Shown here piece by piece: positions 33,357 to 42,008 of a DNA stretch of 64,000 bases (positions are counted from its first letter, which is position 1; each line of letters starts with the position of its first letter). A program made the position numbers and the translations under genes. Source of the stretch: an uncultured delta proteobacterium (GTDB lineage: Bacteria; Myxococcota_A; Polyangia; Palsa-1104); contig CAWAWS010000033.1 of assembly GCA_963785725.1 (NCBI GenBank), forward strand, positions 32,001 to 96,000, read 5' to 3'. The notes below the pieces were generated by a model, which was given only the letters and a program-made list of their open reading frames with translations, had not been told where the DNA came from and searched no databases.

Positions 33357-33755
33357 TTACTGCTTTTGCCCCGCCGGCGCCGTCGGCGACGACGTCAGCG
33401 GCGGATTCTGCTGCGCCGGCACACGATAAATGAGCGTCCCGCGATCGAGCGACCCATGCGGCATCAGCCCCGGCATGCGCGTCCCACGCAACGCCCGCTG
33501 CAGCCGCTCCGCCTCCGGCCGCGGCCGCGGCCGCGCGTCGGTCGCCACTGCCGCATCCGTCGCGCCCGCGGCGCCCGCATCCCGCGCCGTCGCCGGCTTG
33601 CTCACGACCGCCGCGCCACCGTCGACGCTCGCATCCGCCGCCGTCGCCGCGACCGTCGCCGCCGGCGCCGCCGCGACCGTCGCCGGCGCGTCCTTGTGCT
33701 CGCACGCCGCCACGCCGATCCAAAGGGCCAACCCGATCCATCGTCCGCGCTTCAT
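33357..33755 (-). CDS. Hypothetical lipoprotein
   Basis: 'MKRGRWIGLALWIGVAAC' lipobox; lies directly upstream of the GT2 gene. Confidence 0.55.
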   Translation of the reverse strand: MKRGRWIGLALWIGVAACEHKDAPATVAAAPAATVAATAADASVDGGAAVVSKPATARDAGAAGATDAAVATDARPRPRPEAERLQRALRGTRMPGLMPHGSLDRGTLIYRVPAQQNPPLTSSPTAPAGQKQ

Positions 33756-33818
33756 TTGACGGCGAGTAACCCGCATTCACTCATTCGCGTCAACGGCAAA
33801 ACCTGCTACGTTGCGCGC

Positions 33819-34283
33819 ATGCGTTGGCGGTTTCTCGTCGCTGCGTGCGTGCTCGGTTGCGGCGGCAGCAGCGCGTCCACGACCGACGCGCTCGACGGCG
33901 GCCACCTGGCGACGACCGGCGCCGCCTTCGTCGCGCAGCGCGGCTGCCCGAGCTGCCACGAGCCGACCGATCACGCGGGCACGCTCGCCGGCCAGCTCAC
34001 GCCCGTCGCCGGCACGCTCGCCTACGGCTCGAATTTGACGCCCGACCCGGCGACCGGCCTCGGCACGTGGGCCGACATCGAGATCGTGCGCGCCATCCGC
34101 TTCGGCGTCGACAACAACGGCAACCCACTCTGCCCGGCGATGCCGCAATACCCCGACATGGGCGACGTCGAAGCCGACGCGATCCTCGCCTACTTGCACA
34201 GCCTACCGTCGGTGGCGCGCACCATCCCCGCGTCGATGTGCCCGCCCATCAAGCCCACGCCCTCCGCCGACATGGCCAACTGA
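33819..34283 (+). CDS. Monoheme cytochrome c lipoprotein
   Basis: Lipobox 'ACVLGC', heme motif CPSCH, 'GSNLTPDPATGLGTW', distal 'PAMP'. Confidence 0.85.
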   Translation: MRWRFLVAACVLGCGGSSASTTDALDGGHLATTGAAFVAQRGCPSCHEPTDHAGTLAGQLTPVAGTLAYGSNLTPDPATGLGTWADIEIVRAIRFGVDNNGNPLCPAMPQYPDMGDVEADAILAYLHSLPSVARTIPASMCPPIKPTPSADMAN

Positions 34284-34427
34284 CCGCCGCGCCAATTGCC
34301 TCATCGTCGCTAACCGCCCGCGCAACAGATTCCGATTCGTGGATCGACGTGCCCAGCCTCGAGCACGACTGGCGCGCTCGACGCGAATCCCTGCTGGTCG
34401 AGTGCGTGCGAGCGACCGCTGCCGCTA

Positions 34428-34765
34428 AAACTGTCGCGAGCGCACACGTATTCGTATCGCGCGTGCACGCACCTTCAAACTGTCGTTAGCGCGCGTCTGT
34501 ATTCGTGATCGCGAGTTGACCACGGATTTGCGCCCATATCGCGCGTGCACGCACCTTCAAACTGTCGTGAGCGCGCGTCTGCATTCGTGATCGCGAGTTG
34601 ACCGCGATTTGCGCCTTTATCGCGTGCAGGCACCCTCAAAATTGTCGTGAGCGCGCGTCTGCATTCGTGATCAGGAGTTGATCGGGGATTTGAGCCTATA
34701 TCGCGCGTGCAGGAACCTTCAAAGCTGCCGCGAGCGCGTGCGTATTCGGGATCGCAACTGACGGG
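34428..34765. repeat. Tandem repeat of about 81 bp x 4 plus a partial copy
   Basis: Copies begin at 34456, 34538, 34619, 34700 (atcgcgcgtgcacgcaccttcaaactgtcg...). Confidence 0.9.
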
Positions 34766-34878
34766 GCCTTGCGACTACATCGGGCGAGAGTGGGGGAATC
34801 TCGAACCGTTGCCGACTCGTGCGTTATTCCTGATCGAGCCAACCGGCTATCGCGACGACCTCAGGCGGCGGGAATCTT

Positions 34879-34999
34879 CAAAACCGTTGCGAGCGGTCCA
34901 AGCGCAAAGCGGAGCGAGGAGCGCAGCGGAGCGGGGTCTGAGCCCGTGAGCAGCGCACCGCAGCGACAACGCCGCGCTTGGACCGCGCAGTAGGTTTTG
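34879..34999. mobile_element. About 120 bp MITE/REP-like element with imperfect terminal inverted repeats
   Basis: caaaacc..tgcg.gcggtccaagcgc ... gcgcttggaccgcgcagtaggttttg; non-coding; ends 4 bp before the stop codon of the convergent gene. Confidence 0.5.
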
Positions 35000-35003
35000 C
35001 CGC

Positions 35004-36446
35004 CTACTTCGGCTGGATGCTGGCCCACCAGATGTTCAGTCGCTTCGACTGCGTCTCTGCCACGACGAGCACCTGCACCGGCTGCCCATCGTTCTGATAC
35101 GTCGAATCGAAGTTCACCTTGATCGGAACCGTGCTGCCCGCGTTGCCCCACAAGCGCACGCCGAGCGGCGGACCATTCGGATTGCTCGGGTCGGCGCGAA
35201 TCGCGATATCGGGATCGAGCGTCACACCGGCCGGCAAGAACGATCCGGCGACGAAGAATTCGATCGGCCCGACGCTCGGGTCATACTCGAACGGCTCGAT
35301 GTTGAACGTGCCCGTGCCCGTGCCGTTCGACGCCAGCGTCACCGCCAACACCGACTGATTCTGCCCGTTGTTCGACGTGTCGCCGCTCCAGAACGCCGCG
35401 CCGAAATACGGCCCGTCGGTGCTCGGCACGCACGGGTTCGTGTTCGGCCCCGTCGGCGCCGCGTTGTCGGCCGCGACGGTCGCGTTCGAATACAGCTGCT
35501 GCACCAAGTAGCTCGTCGTCGCGTTGGCCGCGATGCGCGCGTTGACCGCCAAGCACATGTCGCCGGTCTCGCCGCCACCTTCGTAGACCGCGTTCGTGCC
35601 CGGAATCGCCACGCGGTTCGACTGCAGATCGGCGTCGGTCGTGGCCTCGGCCGCTTCGTGACTGATGGTGACCGTCAAGTCGTCCCAATCCGGCGTCACG
35701 CCATCGGCCAAGAAGCAGTAGGCATTGACGAGATAGGCGATGCCCGCGGCCGTCTTCGAGTGATAGCCATCGAAGTACACGCAGCTCGAGGCGCCGCCGT
35801 TCGTCGCCGTCGACGCCGGATCGATCACGAACGAAATGATCAGGTTGGCCGACTTCGCCGGCCAGCCCGCCGTGATGCCGACGTTCTTCGTCACCAACGA
35901 TTGCAGCTGCGCGTCCGTGATCGTCTTCGGCGGCGCCGCCGCGATCTTGATCACACCGCCGGCCGTGCCCGCGCCGACGCCGTATTCGCTCGTGCCCGTC
36001 TTCCAGTAGTCGCTACCGAGCATCCACGACGTGAACGTGTTGACCTGCGTGCCGTAATCGCCGTATTTCGCCGCCGGATCGGTCCAGACCACGGTCCAGA
36101 CGTTCGGCGCCGTGTACGGGCTCGTCGTCTTGGCGTTCGAGAACGCCGGCAGCGGCGGATGCAGCGTCGGATCATGATCGGGCAGCGGAATGCCCGCGAG
36201 ATCGAGCGGGCCCGTCGCCATGTCGGTGCTCTTCGGCACGGACAGGTCGTCGCCGACGCTGCCGCCACCACCGCCACCGCCGCCACCGCCACCGCCGGCC
36301 GTGCCGGCGCTCATATCGGGCGGAATCACGACCGGCGTGCCGCCGCCACCGCCGTTACCGCCGACGCCACCCTTCCCGCCGTTTCCCGACGAGCACCCGA
36401 CCACCACCGAAAGTGAGAGCGCGAAACAAGCCAACGACCGCCGCAT
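35004..36446 (-). CDS. Lipoprotein with Gly-rich linker and Phi-1/EXORDIUM-like HExxE domain
   Basis: Lipobox 'SVVVGC'; motifs 'DGYH', 'TISHEAAEATTD', 'ETGDMC'. Confidence 0.7.
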   Translation of the reverse strand: MRRSLACFALSLSVVVGCSSGNGGKGGVGGNGGGGGTPVVIPPDMSAGTAGGGGGGGGGGGGSVGDDLSVPKSTDMATGPLDLAGIPLPDHDPTLHPPLPAFSNAKTTSPYTAPNVWTVVWTDPAAKYGDYGTQVNTFTSWMLGSDYWKTGTSEYGVGAGTAGGVIKIAAAPPKTITDAQLQSLVTKNVGITAGWPAKSANLIISFVIDPASTATNGGASSCVYFDGYHSKTAAGIAYLVNAYCFLADGVTPDWDDLTVTISHEAAEATTDADLQSNRVAIPGTNAVYEGGGETGDMCLAVNARIAANATTSYLVQQLYSNATVAADNAAPTGPNTNPCVPSTDGPYFGAAFWSGDTSNNGQNQSVLAVTLASNGTGTGTFNIEPFEYDPSVGPIEFFVAGSFLPAGVTLDPDIAIRADPSNPNGPPLGVRLWGNAGSTVPIKVNFDSTYQNDGQPVQVLVVAETQSKRLNIWWASIQPK

Positions 36447-36675
36447 GAAGACCTCCGCCCGCGCGCGTTTGCAAACGGCGAACCGCGGCATAACCTCGTG
36501 AAACAGCGGTTTCGTGGCCGAATGGGACCTCGGCCCCATGTGACGCGACTCCCCGGCGATGGCGCAAAATAGCCCGCGCCCAAATCGCCGGAGACTTTAC
36601 CCCCAGGCCGTGCAACTTCTAGTGTGCATGCGTCATGGCCTTTTGTTTCGCCGGCGATCGCGCTATTTCAGTGAG

Positions 36676-39036
36676 GTGCGGCGGCTCTCGTTGGTGGCGT
36701 TCTTTCTCGCGCTCTCGTGCGGCGGCGGCAAACCGAAGCTGCAAACGCTGCCGCTGTCGCCGCCGGTGCCCGCGACCTATTTCACGGCCGAGCGCACCGA
36801 CACGACGTTCTACACCGCCGATCACTTTCAGACGTCGATCGAGATGCAGATTTCCGGCGAGCCCTTCGCGCAGCTGCTCGGGCGCAACTTGGCCGGCTAC
36901 GATCGCTACAGCACGACGACCGACCTCTATATCGATCCGGCGACCAATCGGCCCGTGCGCGATCCGCTCAGCTATTCGATGGCCGTCGAGTCCTACGAAT
37001 ATTCCAAGCAGCCGATGAACAATACGTCGTTCGAGTCGGGCGCCGGCATGTCGCTCATGTTCGGCCCCTTGCTCAACCCGACGAACCTCGTGGGCGACGA
37101 CGCCGTGGCGCTGCTCGTCAATCGCGTGCAGCAGTTCGCCACCGAGTCGAGCTCCGGCGGACCGTCGGGGCAAAACTTCGTCGTCTCGCCGGCGCCGACC
37201 GACAACCCGCTCAACGTCTACGGCTGGCCCGGCTTTTGGCCGGCGTTCGCCGAATATGCCGCGTGGGACACGAGCATCACGCCGTCCATCGGCGGGCAGA
37301 CGATGTTCTGCAGCTTCTCCGCCGGCTACGCCGCCATCGCCGCCGGCTCGCAGATCGTCGGCGATTACGAGTGCTCGTACAACTCGCTCAACCTGCCCAA
37401 TCGCGCGCAGCAGGTGCAATTCACGATCGAGCCGGAGGCGCTCGGCTTTGCCACGTGGAAGCAGTCGCTGTGGGTGATCAACTATTGGCAGTCGCTGCAT
37501 GACGCGCAGGGCAACGCGATCGTGCAAGTGGCCGACGCCGACATGCCGCAGGTCGGACAGCCGGGAAATACGGTGATTGGACAGACGCCGGATCCCAACG
37601 ATCCGACGGGAAATACGCTCATCGACGGCTTGCCCGGCACCTATTTGGGCGACATTCCGCTCGAGGGTTTCCAAGGCCAGACGATGATCGACGAGGTCGA
37701 CAACAAGTCGGCGCTGCTCATCGGTCAGCTGACGACGGCCGACGGCGCGACGCTGAGCGGCTTTGCCACGATCAAAGACGCCATCGATTACGACTATACG
37801 TCGCCCTTGCGCTGGTGGCCGGCGCGCACGGCGGTCACCGAGTTTCCGACGGGACCGACGCCGGCGCACCTGCAGAGCTGGCGCTACTTTCCCGACCCCT
37901 ATCTCTTCACCGTCGCCGATGGGTCGAGCCACGTGCGCGGGCTGACGGCGCTCATCGGCGGCTTCGGCACCTTCTTCGCGCTCACCGACTTCAACAACGC
38001 CGACGTCGGCGGGCAGGCGTCGTCGCGCGCGACGTTCGACGGCGATCCGTTCGCGGCCGACGACCAGCTGCCCGACGGTGAATCGTCGCCGCACGATCGC
38101 GCGTTGGCCATGGTCAAAGTCGCGGTCGTCGATCTCGATCGGCTGCATTGGGACGCGGCGCACAACGTGCTCGTCGATACGGCGAACGTCGTCGGCGGCC
38201 AGGTGCAGCGCGGCAGCGTCGTCACGACGTTCGATCTGGCCTACGCGATCGTGACGCTGCGCGCGGCGTTGCGCGGTATCTCCTCGTCGCTGGCGCTGTA
38301 CTCGAACGACACGCCCGACACGCACGGGCTGCCGACCGCGCTCGACGGCGCGCGCTTCAACGGCGCGGCCGCGGGCGAGACGCTGGCGTCGCGCATGCTG
38401 GAGCTGATCACGGCCGAGTCCGACTTCTTGGCCGACAAGCTCATCGCCAGCGACGGCAGCGTCGCCAATCGTTACGACGTGCAGGCCGGCGCCGGCGACG
38501 GCACGCCGACGACGCTGATGTCGGAAGCGGCGGCGATTCGCGGCCTCCTCGACGGCTACTTGGCGACGGGCAACGACAAATATCGGCAGGTCGCCATCGC
38601 CGTCTACGCCGACCTGGACAAGCGGCTGTGGATGTCGGACGTGCGCGCCTTCCGAACCGTCGTCGGCGAGAGCGATCGCATCGTGTGGAACCCGCTGTCG
38701 TTCGGCGCCGTGCAGGGCGCGATGCGGCAGTATTGGAAATTAGTGGCGAATCGCCCGGGCAACGAGGCCGTCGCCGCCGAGCTGCTCGAGCGCGTCAAGC
38801 GCACCAACAAGCTCATCGCCAACGGCTGGGACGACGCCAACGGCGACGACATCGTGCAGTATCCGTCGGAGTGCACCGGCGCCGGCTTGCAGATGGGCGA
38901 GCGCGCGTTGACCGGCGAATTGGCGCGCCCCGAAGACGGCGGCGACCGCGATCGCGACTGCGTCATCGAGATCGCGATGGCCCAGCGGCCGGCCGCGCTC
39001 GCCGCCGAGCTCGTCTTGCAGCGGCGTAAGAACTAG
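36676..39036 (+). CDS. Large hypothetical lipoprotein (about 786 aa) with a helical, (alpha/alpha)6-like C-terminal part
   Basis: Lipobox 'FLALSC'; GC3-rich codons; 'AIRGLLDGYLATGNDKYRQVA' resembles six-hairpin barrel helices. Confidence 0.7.
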   Translation: MRRLSLVAFFLALSCGGGKPKLQTLPLSPPVPATYFTAERTDTTFYTADHFQTSIEMQISGEPFAQLLGRNLAGYDRYSTTTDLYIDPATNRPVRDPLSYSMAVESYEYSKQPMNNTSFESGAGMSLMFGPLLNPTNLVGDDAVALLVNRVQQFATESSSGGPSGQNFVVSPAPTDNPLNVYGWPGFWPAFAEYAAWDTSITPSIGGQTMFCSFSAGYAAIAAGSQIVGDYECSYNSLNLPNRAQQVQFTIEPEALGFATWKQSLWVINYWQSLHDAQGNAIVQVADADMPQVGQPGNTVIGQTPDPNDPTGNTLIDGLPGTYLGDIPLEGFQGQTMIDEVDNKSALLIGQLTTADGATLSGFATIKDAIDYDYTSPLRWWPARTAVTEFPTGPTPAHLQSWRYFPDPYLFTVADGSSHVRGLTALIGGFGTFFALTDFNNADVGGQASSRATFDGDPFAADDQLPDGESSPHDRALAMVKVAVVDLDRLHWDAAHNVLVDTANVVGGQVQRGSVVTTFDLAYAIVTLRAALRGISSSLALYSNDTPDTHGLPTALDGARFNGAAAGETLASRMLELITAESDFLADKLIASDGSVANRYDVQAGAGDGTPTTLMSEAAAIRGLLDGYLATGNDKYRQVAIAVYADLDKRLWMSDVRAFRTVVGESDRIVWNPLSFGAVQGAMRQYWKLVANRPGNEAVAAELLERVKRTNKLIANGWDDANGDDIVQYPSECTGAGLQMGERALTGELARPEDGGDRDRDCVIEIAMAQRPAALAAELVLQRRKN

Positions 39037-39086
39037 CTCGTGTCGCAGCGGCGTAAGCGCTAGAATCAGCAGCTGGTTTTCTCAGA

Positions 39087-39572
39087 TCAGCAGCTGGTTT
39101 TGCAGAAGGCGTAGGGGCTAGAGGCGGACACCGGGCAGCATTTGAGCGTCGTGCCGCAGTCCTTGTCGACGTGACACATGACCTGCCCGGTCGTCTGCGT
39201 CGCGCAATAGCCGTTCGATTGGCACTGCGAGACCGCGCCGCCGCCCGCCGTCGAGCCCTGCAAACAGCACTCGGGCAGGAAGGGCTCGCAATCCTCGGGC
39301 CCGTCGCAGTGGTAGGCGATCGAGGCGCAGCTGTCGCTCATCTGCTCGCACGAGCCGCTCACGCCGTCGTCGGCGCTGCAGCACAGCTGCGACAGAGTCG
39401 CGCACGCCGTCGCCGGGCCGCAGGCGATGCCGGCGGTCGACCGCGCCATGTCCGTCGCGGCCATCGACAGGTCGGCGACGCCGCTGCCGCCGCCGCCGCC
39501 ACCGCCGCTGCTCGAGGACGATCCGCCGCATGCCGAGACCGCCACGATCATCGCGAACGCAAGCCAGCGCAT
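39087..39572 (-). CDS. Cys-rich lipoprotein
   Basis: 'MRWLAFAMIVAVSAC', Gly linker, many Cys including 'CDGPEDC' and CC pairs. Confidence 0.8.
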   Translation of the reverse strand: MRWLAFAMIVAVSACGGSSSSSGGGGGGGSGVADLSMAATDMARSTAGIACGPATACATLSQLCCSADDGVSGSCEQMSDSCASIAYHCDGPEDCEPFLPECCLQGSTAGGGAVSQCQSNGYCATQTTGQVMCHVDKDCGTTLKCCPVSASSPYAFCKTSC

Positions 39573-39655
39573 GAATCTAGCGTAGCACGCCAAAGCCGCT
39601 CGCAGCGCGCGTTTCCGAGCGTGTGACGCGTGCGCCTGCGGTCGGCTCGAGCGCG

Positions 39656-41791
39656 TTAAAGTCGCGCCACGCGAACCGGCACGCCGCTGAAGACGGCGTT
39701 GCCCGACAGCGCGTCGAGCTCGTGCTCGTCGGTGAGATCGTTGGCGCTGACGCCCGCGTGCGCGCCGGCGACGGCCAGCGCCACGCCGTCGCGACCGTGG
39801 CCCCAGCCGTGCGGCAAGCTGACGATGCCGTGCCCGACCTCGCTCGACACCGCCAGCGGCACCTCGAGCTTGCCGACGCGCGACTCGACCGTCACGCGCT
39901 GCCCGTCGACGAGCCCGCGCGACTCGGCGTCCCGCGGATGCATCAACAACGTGCACGCCTCCGGCCCTTTGACGAGCCGCTGGCTGTTGTGCATCCACGA
40001 GTTGTTGCTGCGCAGGTTGCGGCGACCGATGAGCAGCAGCTGATCGCTCACGCTCGCCGCCGGCGCGTTCAGCTCGGCATCGAGCCGCTCGACGTCGGCC
40101 ACGAACAGCGGCGGCGCCAGCGCGATCCGCCGCGTCTTGGTCTGCAGCAGCTGGCCGAGCCGCGGCTCGAGCGCGCCCAAATCGAGCCCGTGCGGCTTTT
40201 GCAGCAGCTTGGCCACCGACAGCTTGTGCGGACCAAAGCGCAACAGCAGATCGAGCGCGCGCTTCGGACCGCCGGCCAGCTTCAGCGCGCGCAACATGAG
40301 GCTCAGCTTCGGCTCGCGCCGCCCGCCGCCGTGCCGGCGCAGCGCCAGCGCCAGATCGACGAGCACCTGCCAGTCGTGACGCACGCCCGGCGGCGGCTGC
40401 AAGATCGCGCGCGCATAGCGAGCCGCGTTGCGCACCGACAGCGCGTAGAAGGCCAGGTCGTAATGATCGCGCTCGAAGCCGAAGCTCGTCGGCAAGATGA
40501 GGTTCGCGTGGCGCGTCGTCTCGTTGCGATAGAGATCGATCGACACCATGAAGTCGAGCTTGGGCAGCGCCCGCTCCAGCCGCGCGCCGTTGGGCGTCGA
40601 CAAGACGGGGTTGCCGGCGTGCGTGATGAGCGCGCGAATTTGGCCGTCGCCGGGCGTGTCGATCTCCTCGGCCAGCGTCGCGGCGGGCAGCTCGCCGCCG
40701 AACTCGGGCAGGCCGCGCACGCGGCTCTTCCAGGCGCCGAAGTGACCGCGTTCGCCGAGGCGCGACGCGAGGTCGACGAGGTCGGCGGCCGGCGTCGGAA
40801 ACATGGCGCCGCCGGCGCGATCGACGTTGCCGGTGACGATGTTGAGCGCGTTGACGAGCCACGCGGCGATGCCGCCGAACGCCTGCGTGCAGATGCCGAC
40901 GCGGCCGTAGGCGACCGCCGACTTGGCGGCCGCGAGCTCGCGCGCCAGCGTGCGCAGCGTCTCGGCCGCGACGCCGGTCGACGCCGCCACGCGCTCGGGC
41001 GAAAAGCGCAGCGCCAACGCCCGCAAGGTCTCGACGCCGTCGACGCCAAGCGTCAGTCGCTCTAAGCGATCGAGCCGTTCGGCGAAGATCACGTGCAAGA
41101 GCGCCAACAACAGCAGCGCGTCGGCGCCGGGGCGAATGAACAGGTGTTGATCGGCGATGGCCGCCGTCTCCGAGCGCCGCGGGTCGACGACGACGAGCCG
41201 GCCGCCGCGCGCGCGCAGCGCCGCCAGCCGCTTGCCGACGCCGGGCGCCGTCATCAAGCTGCCGTTCGACACCAGCGGATTGGCGCCGAGCACGAGCAGA
41301 AAATCGGTGCGGTCGATGTCCGGGATCGGCAGCGCCAGCTGATGCCCGAACATTTGCAGCGACGCCAACATGTGCGGCAGCTGATCGACCGACGTCGCCG
41401 AAAAGCGGGTGCGCGTGTTGAGCGCCTTGGAGAAGAGCGGCACCGCCATCAGCGCCGTATAGCTGTGCACGGTCGGGTTGCCGAGATAGAGCGCCAGCGC
41501 GTTGCGGCCGTACTGCTTCTGCGCGGCCGCCAAGCGCGCGCCGGCTTCGTCGAGCGCCTCGTCCCACGACACCTCGTGCCAGCGATCGCCGACGCGCTTT
41601 TGCGGCGCGCGCAGGCGGTCGGGATCGTCGTGCATGTCGCGCAGCGCCGCGGCTTTGGGGCAGATGTGGCCGCGACTGAAGGGATCCTCGGCGTCGCCAC
41701 GCACCGACGTGACGCGGTTGTTCTCGACCTCGACCGACAGGCCGCAGACGGCCTCGCAGAGCATGCAGGTATGGAGGCGCGTCTCGACCAT
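39656..41791 (-). CDS. Molybdopterin-dependent oxidoreductase (DMSO reductase family, with 4Fe-4S site)
   Basis: 'CMLCEAVCG..GHICPK', 'DPDRLRAP', 'LGANPLVSNGS', 'VVVDPRRSETA', 'NETTRHANLILP', 'RSNNSWMHN', 'SLPHGWG'. Confidence 0.9.
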   Translation of the reverse strand: MVETRLHTCMLCEAVCGLSVEVENNRVTSVRGDAEDPFSRGHICPKAAALRDMHDDPDRLRAPQKRVGDRWHEVSWDEALDEAGARLAAAQKQYGRNALALYLGNPTVHSYTALMAVPLFSKALNTRTRFSATSVDQLPHMLASLQMFGHQLALPIPDIDRTDFLLVLGANPLVSNGSLMTAPGVGKRLAALRARGGRLVVVDPRRSETAAIADQHLFIRPGADALLLLALLHVIFAERLDRLERLTLGVDGVETLRALALRFSPERVAASTGVAAETLRTLARELAAAKSAVAYGRVGICTQAFGGIAAWLVNALNIVTGNVDRAGGAMFPTPAADLVDLASRLGERGHFGAWKSRVRGLPEFGGELPAATLAEEIDTPGDGQIRALITHAGNPVLSTPNGARLERALPKLDFMVSIDLYRNETTRHANLILPTSFGFERDHYDLAFYALSVRNAARYARAILQPPPGVRHDWQVLVDLALALRRHGGGRREPKLSLMLRALKLAGGPKRALDLLLRFGPHKLSVAKLLQKPHGLDLGALEPRLGQLLQTKTRRIALAPPLFVADVERLDAELNAPAASVSDQLLLIGRRNLRSNNSWMHNSQRLVKGPEACTLLMHPRDAESRGLVDGQRVTVESRVGKLEVPLAVSSEVGHGIVSLPHGWGHGRDGVALAVAGAHAGVSANDLTDEHELDALSGNAVFSGVPVRVARL

Positions 41792-41826
41792 GCCTCAGCA
41801 TGCCACGGAGACAGGCCGCTGGCATC

Positions 41827-41855
41827 CGTTACACAAACCGCTTTTGTTTGTAACG
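41827..41855. promoter_or_regulatory. Inverted repeat CGTTACA-N15-TGTAACG in an AT-rich divergent promoter region
   Basis: Seen directly; lies between the oxidoreductase start (41791) and the prenyltransferase start (42009). Confidence 0.4.
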
Positions 41856-42008
41856 AAACATAGCCGGTTACCGCGATTGGCAATTGCGGCAAAGCGGCGC
41901 GCTATCCGACATTTGGCGAGGAGGCGCGGCAATATGTCGCATTACGGTGCTGTAAAACAGTGATTAAATCGTGCTTGGGGGGCAACCGTTCGCATTTGGG
42001 GGCCCGGT

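Noticed and set aside
39087..41825. 912-aa ORF
   Set aside because: Only the last 161 aa (from ATG 39572, with lipobox) look real; the rest overlaps the molybdoenzyme gene in another frame
41930..41972. dif (XerCD) site
   Set aside because: Only partial resemblance (cgcatta...ttaaatc); arm spacing and the XerD arm do not fit
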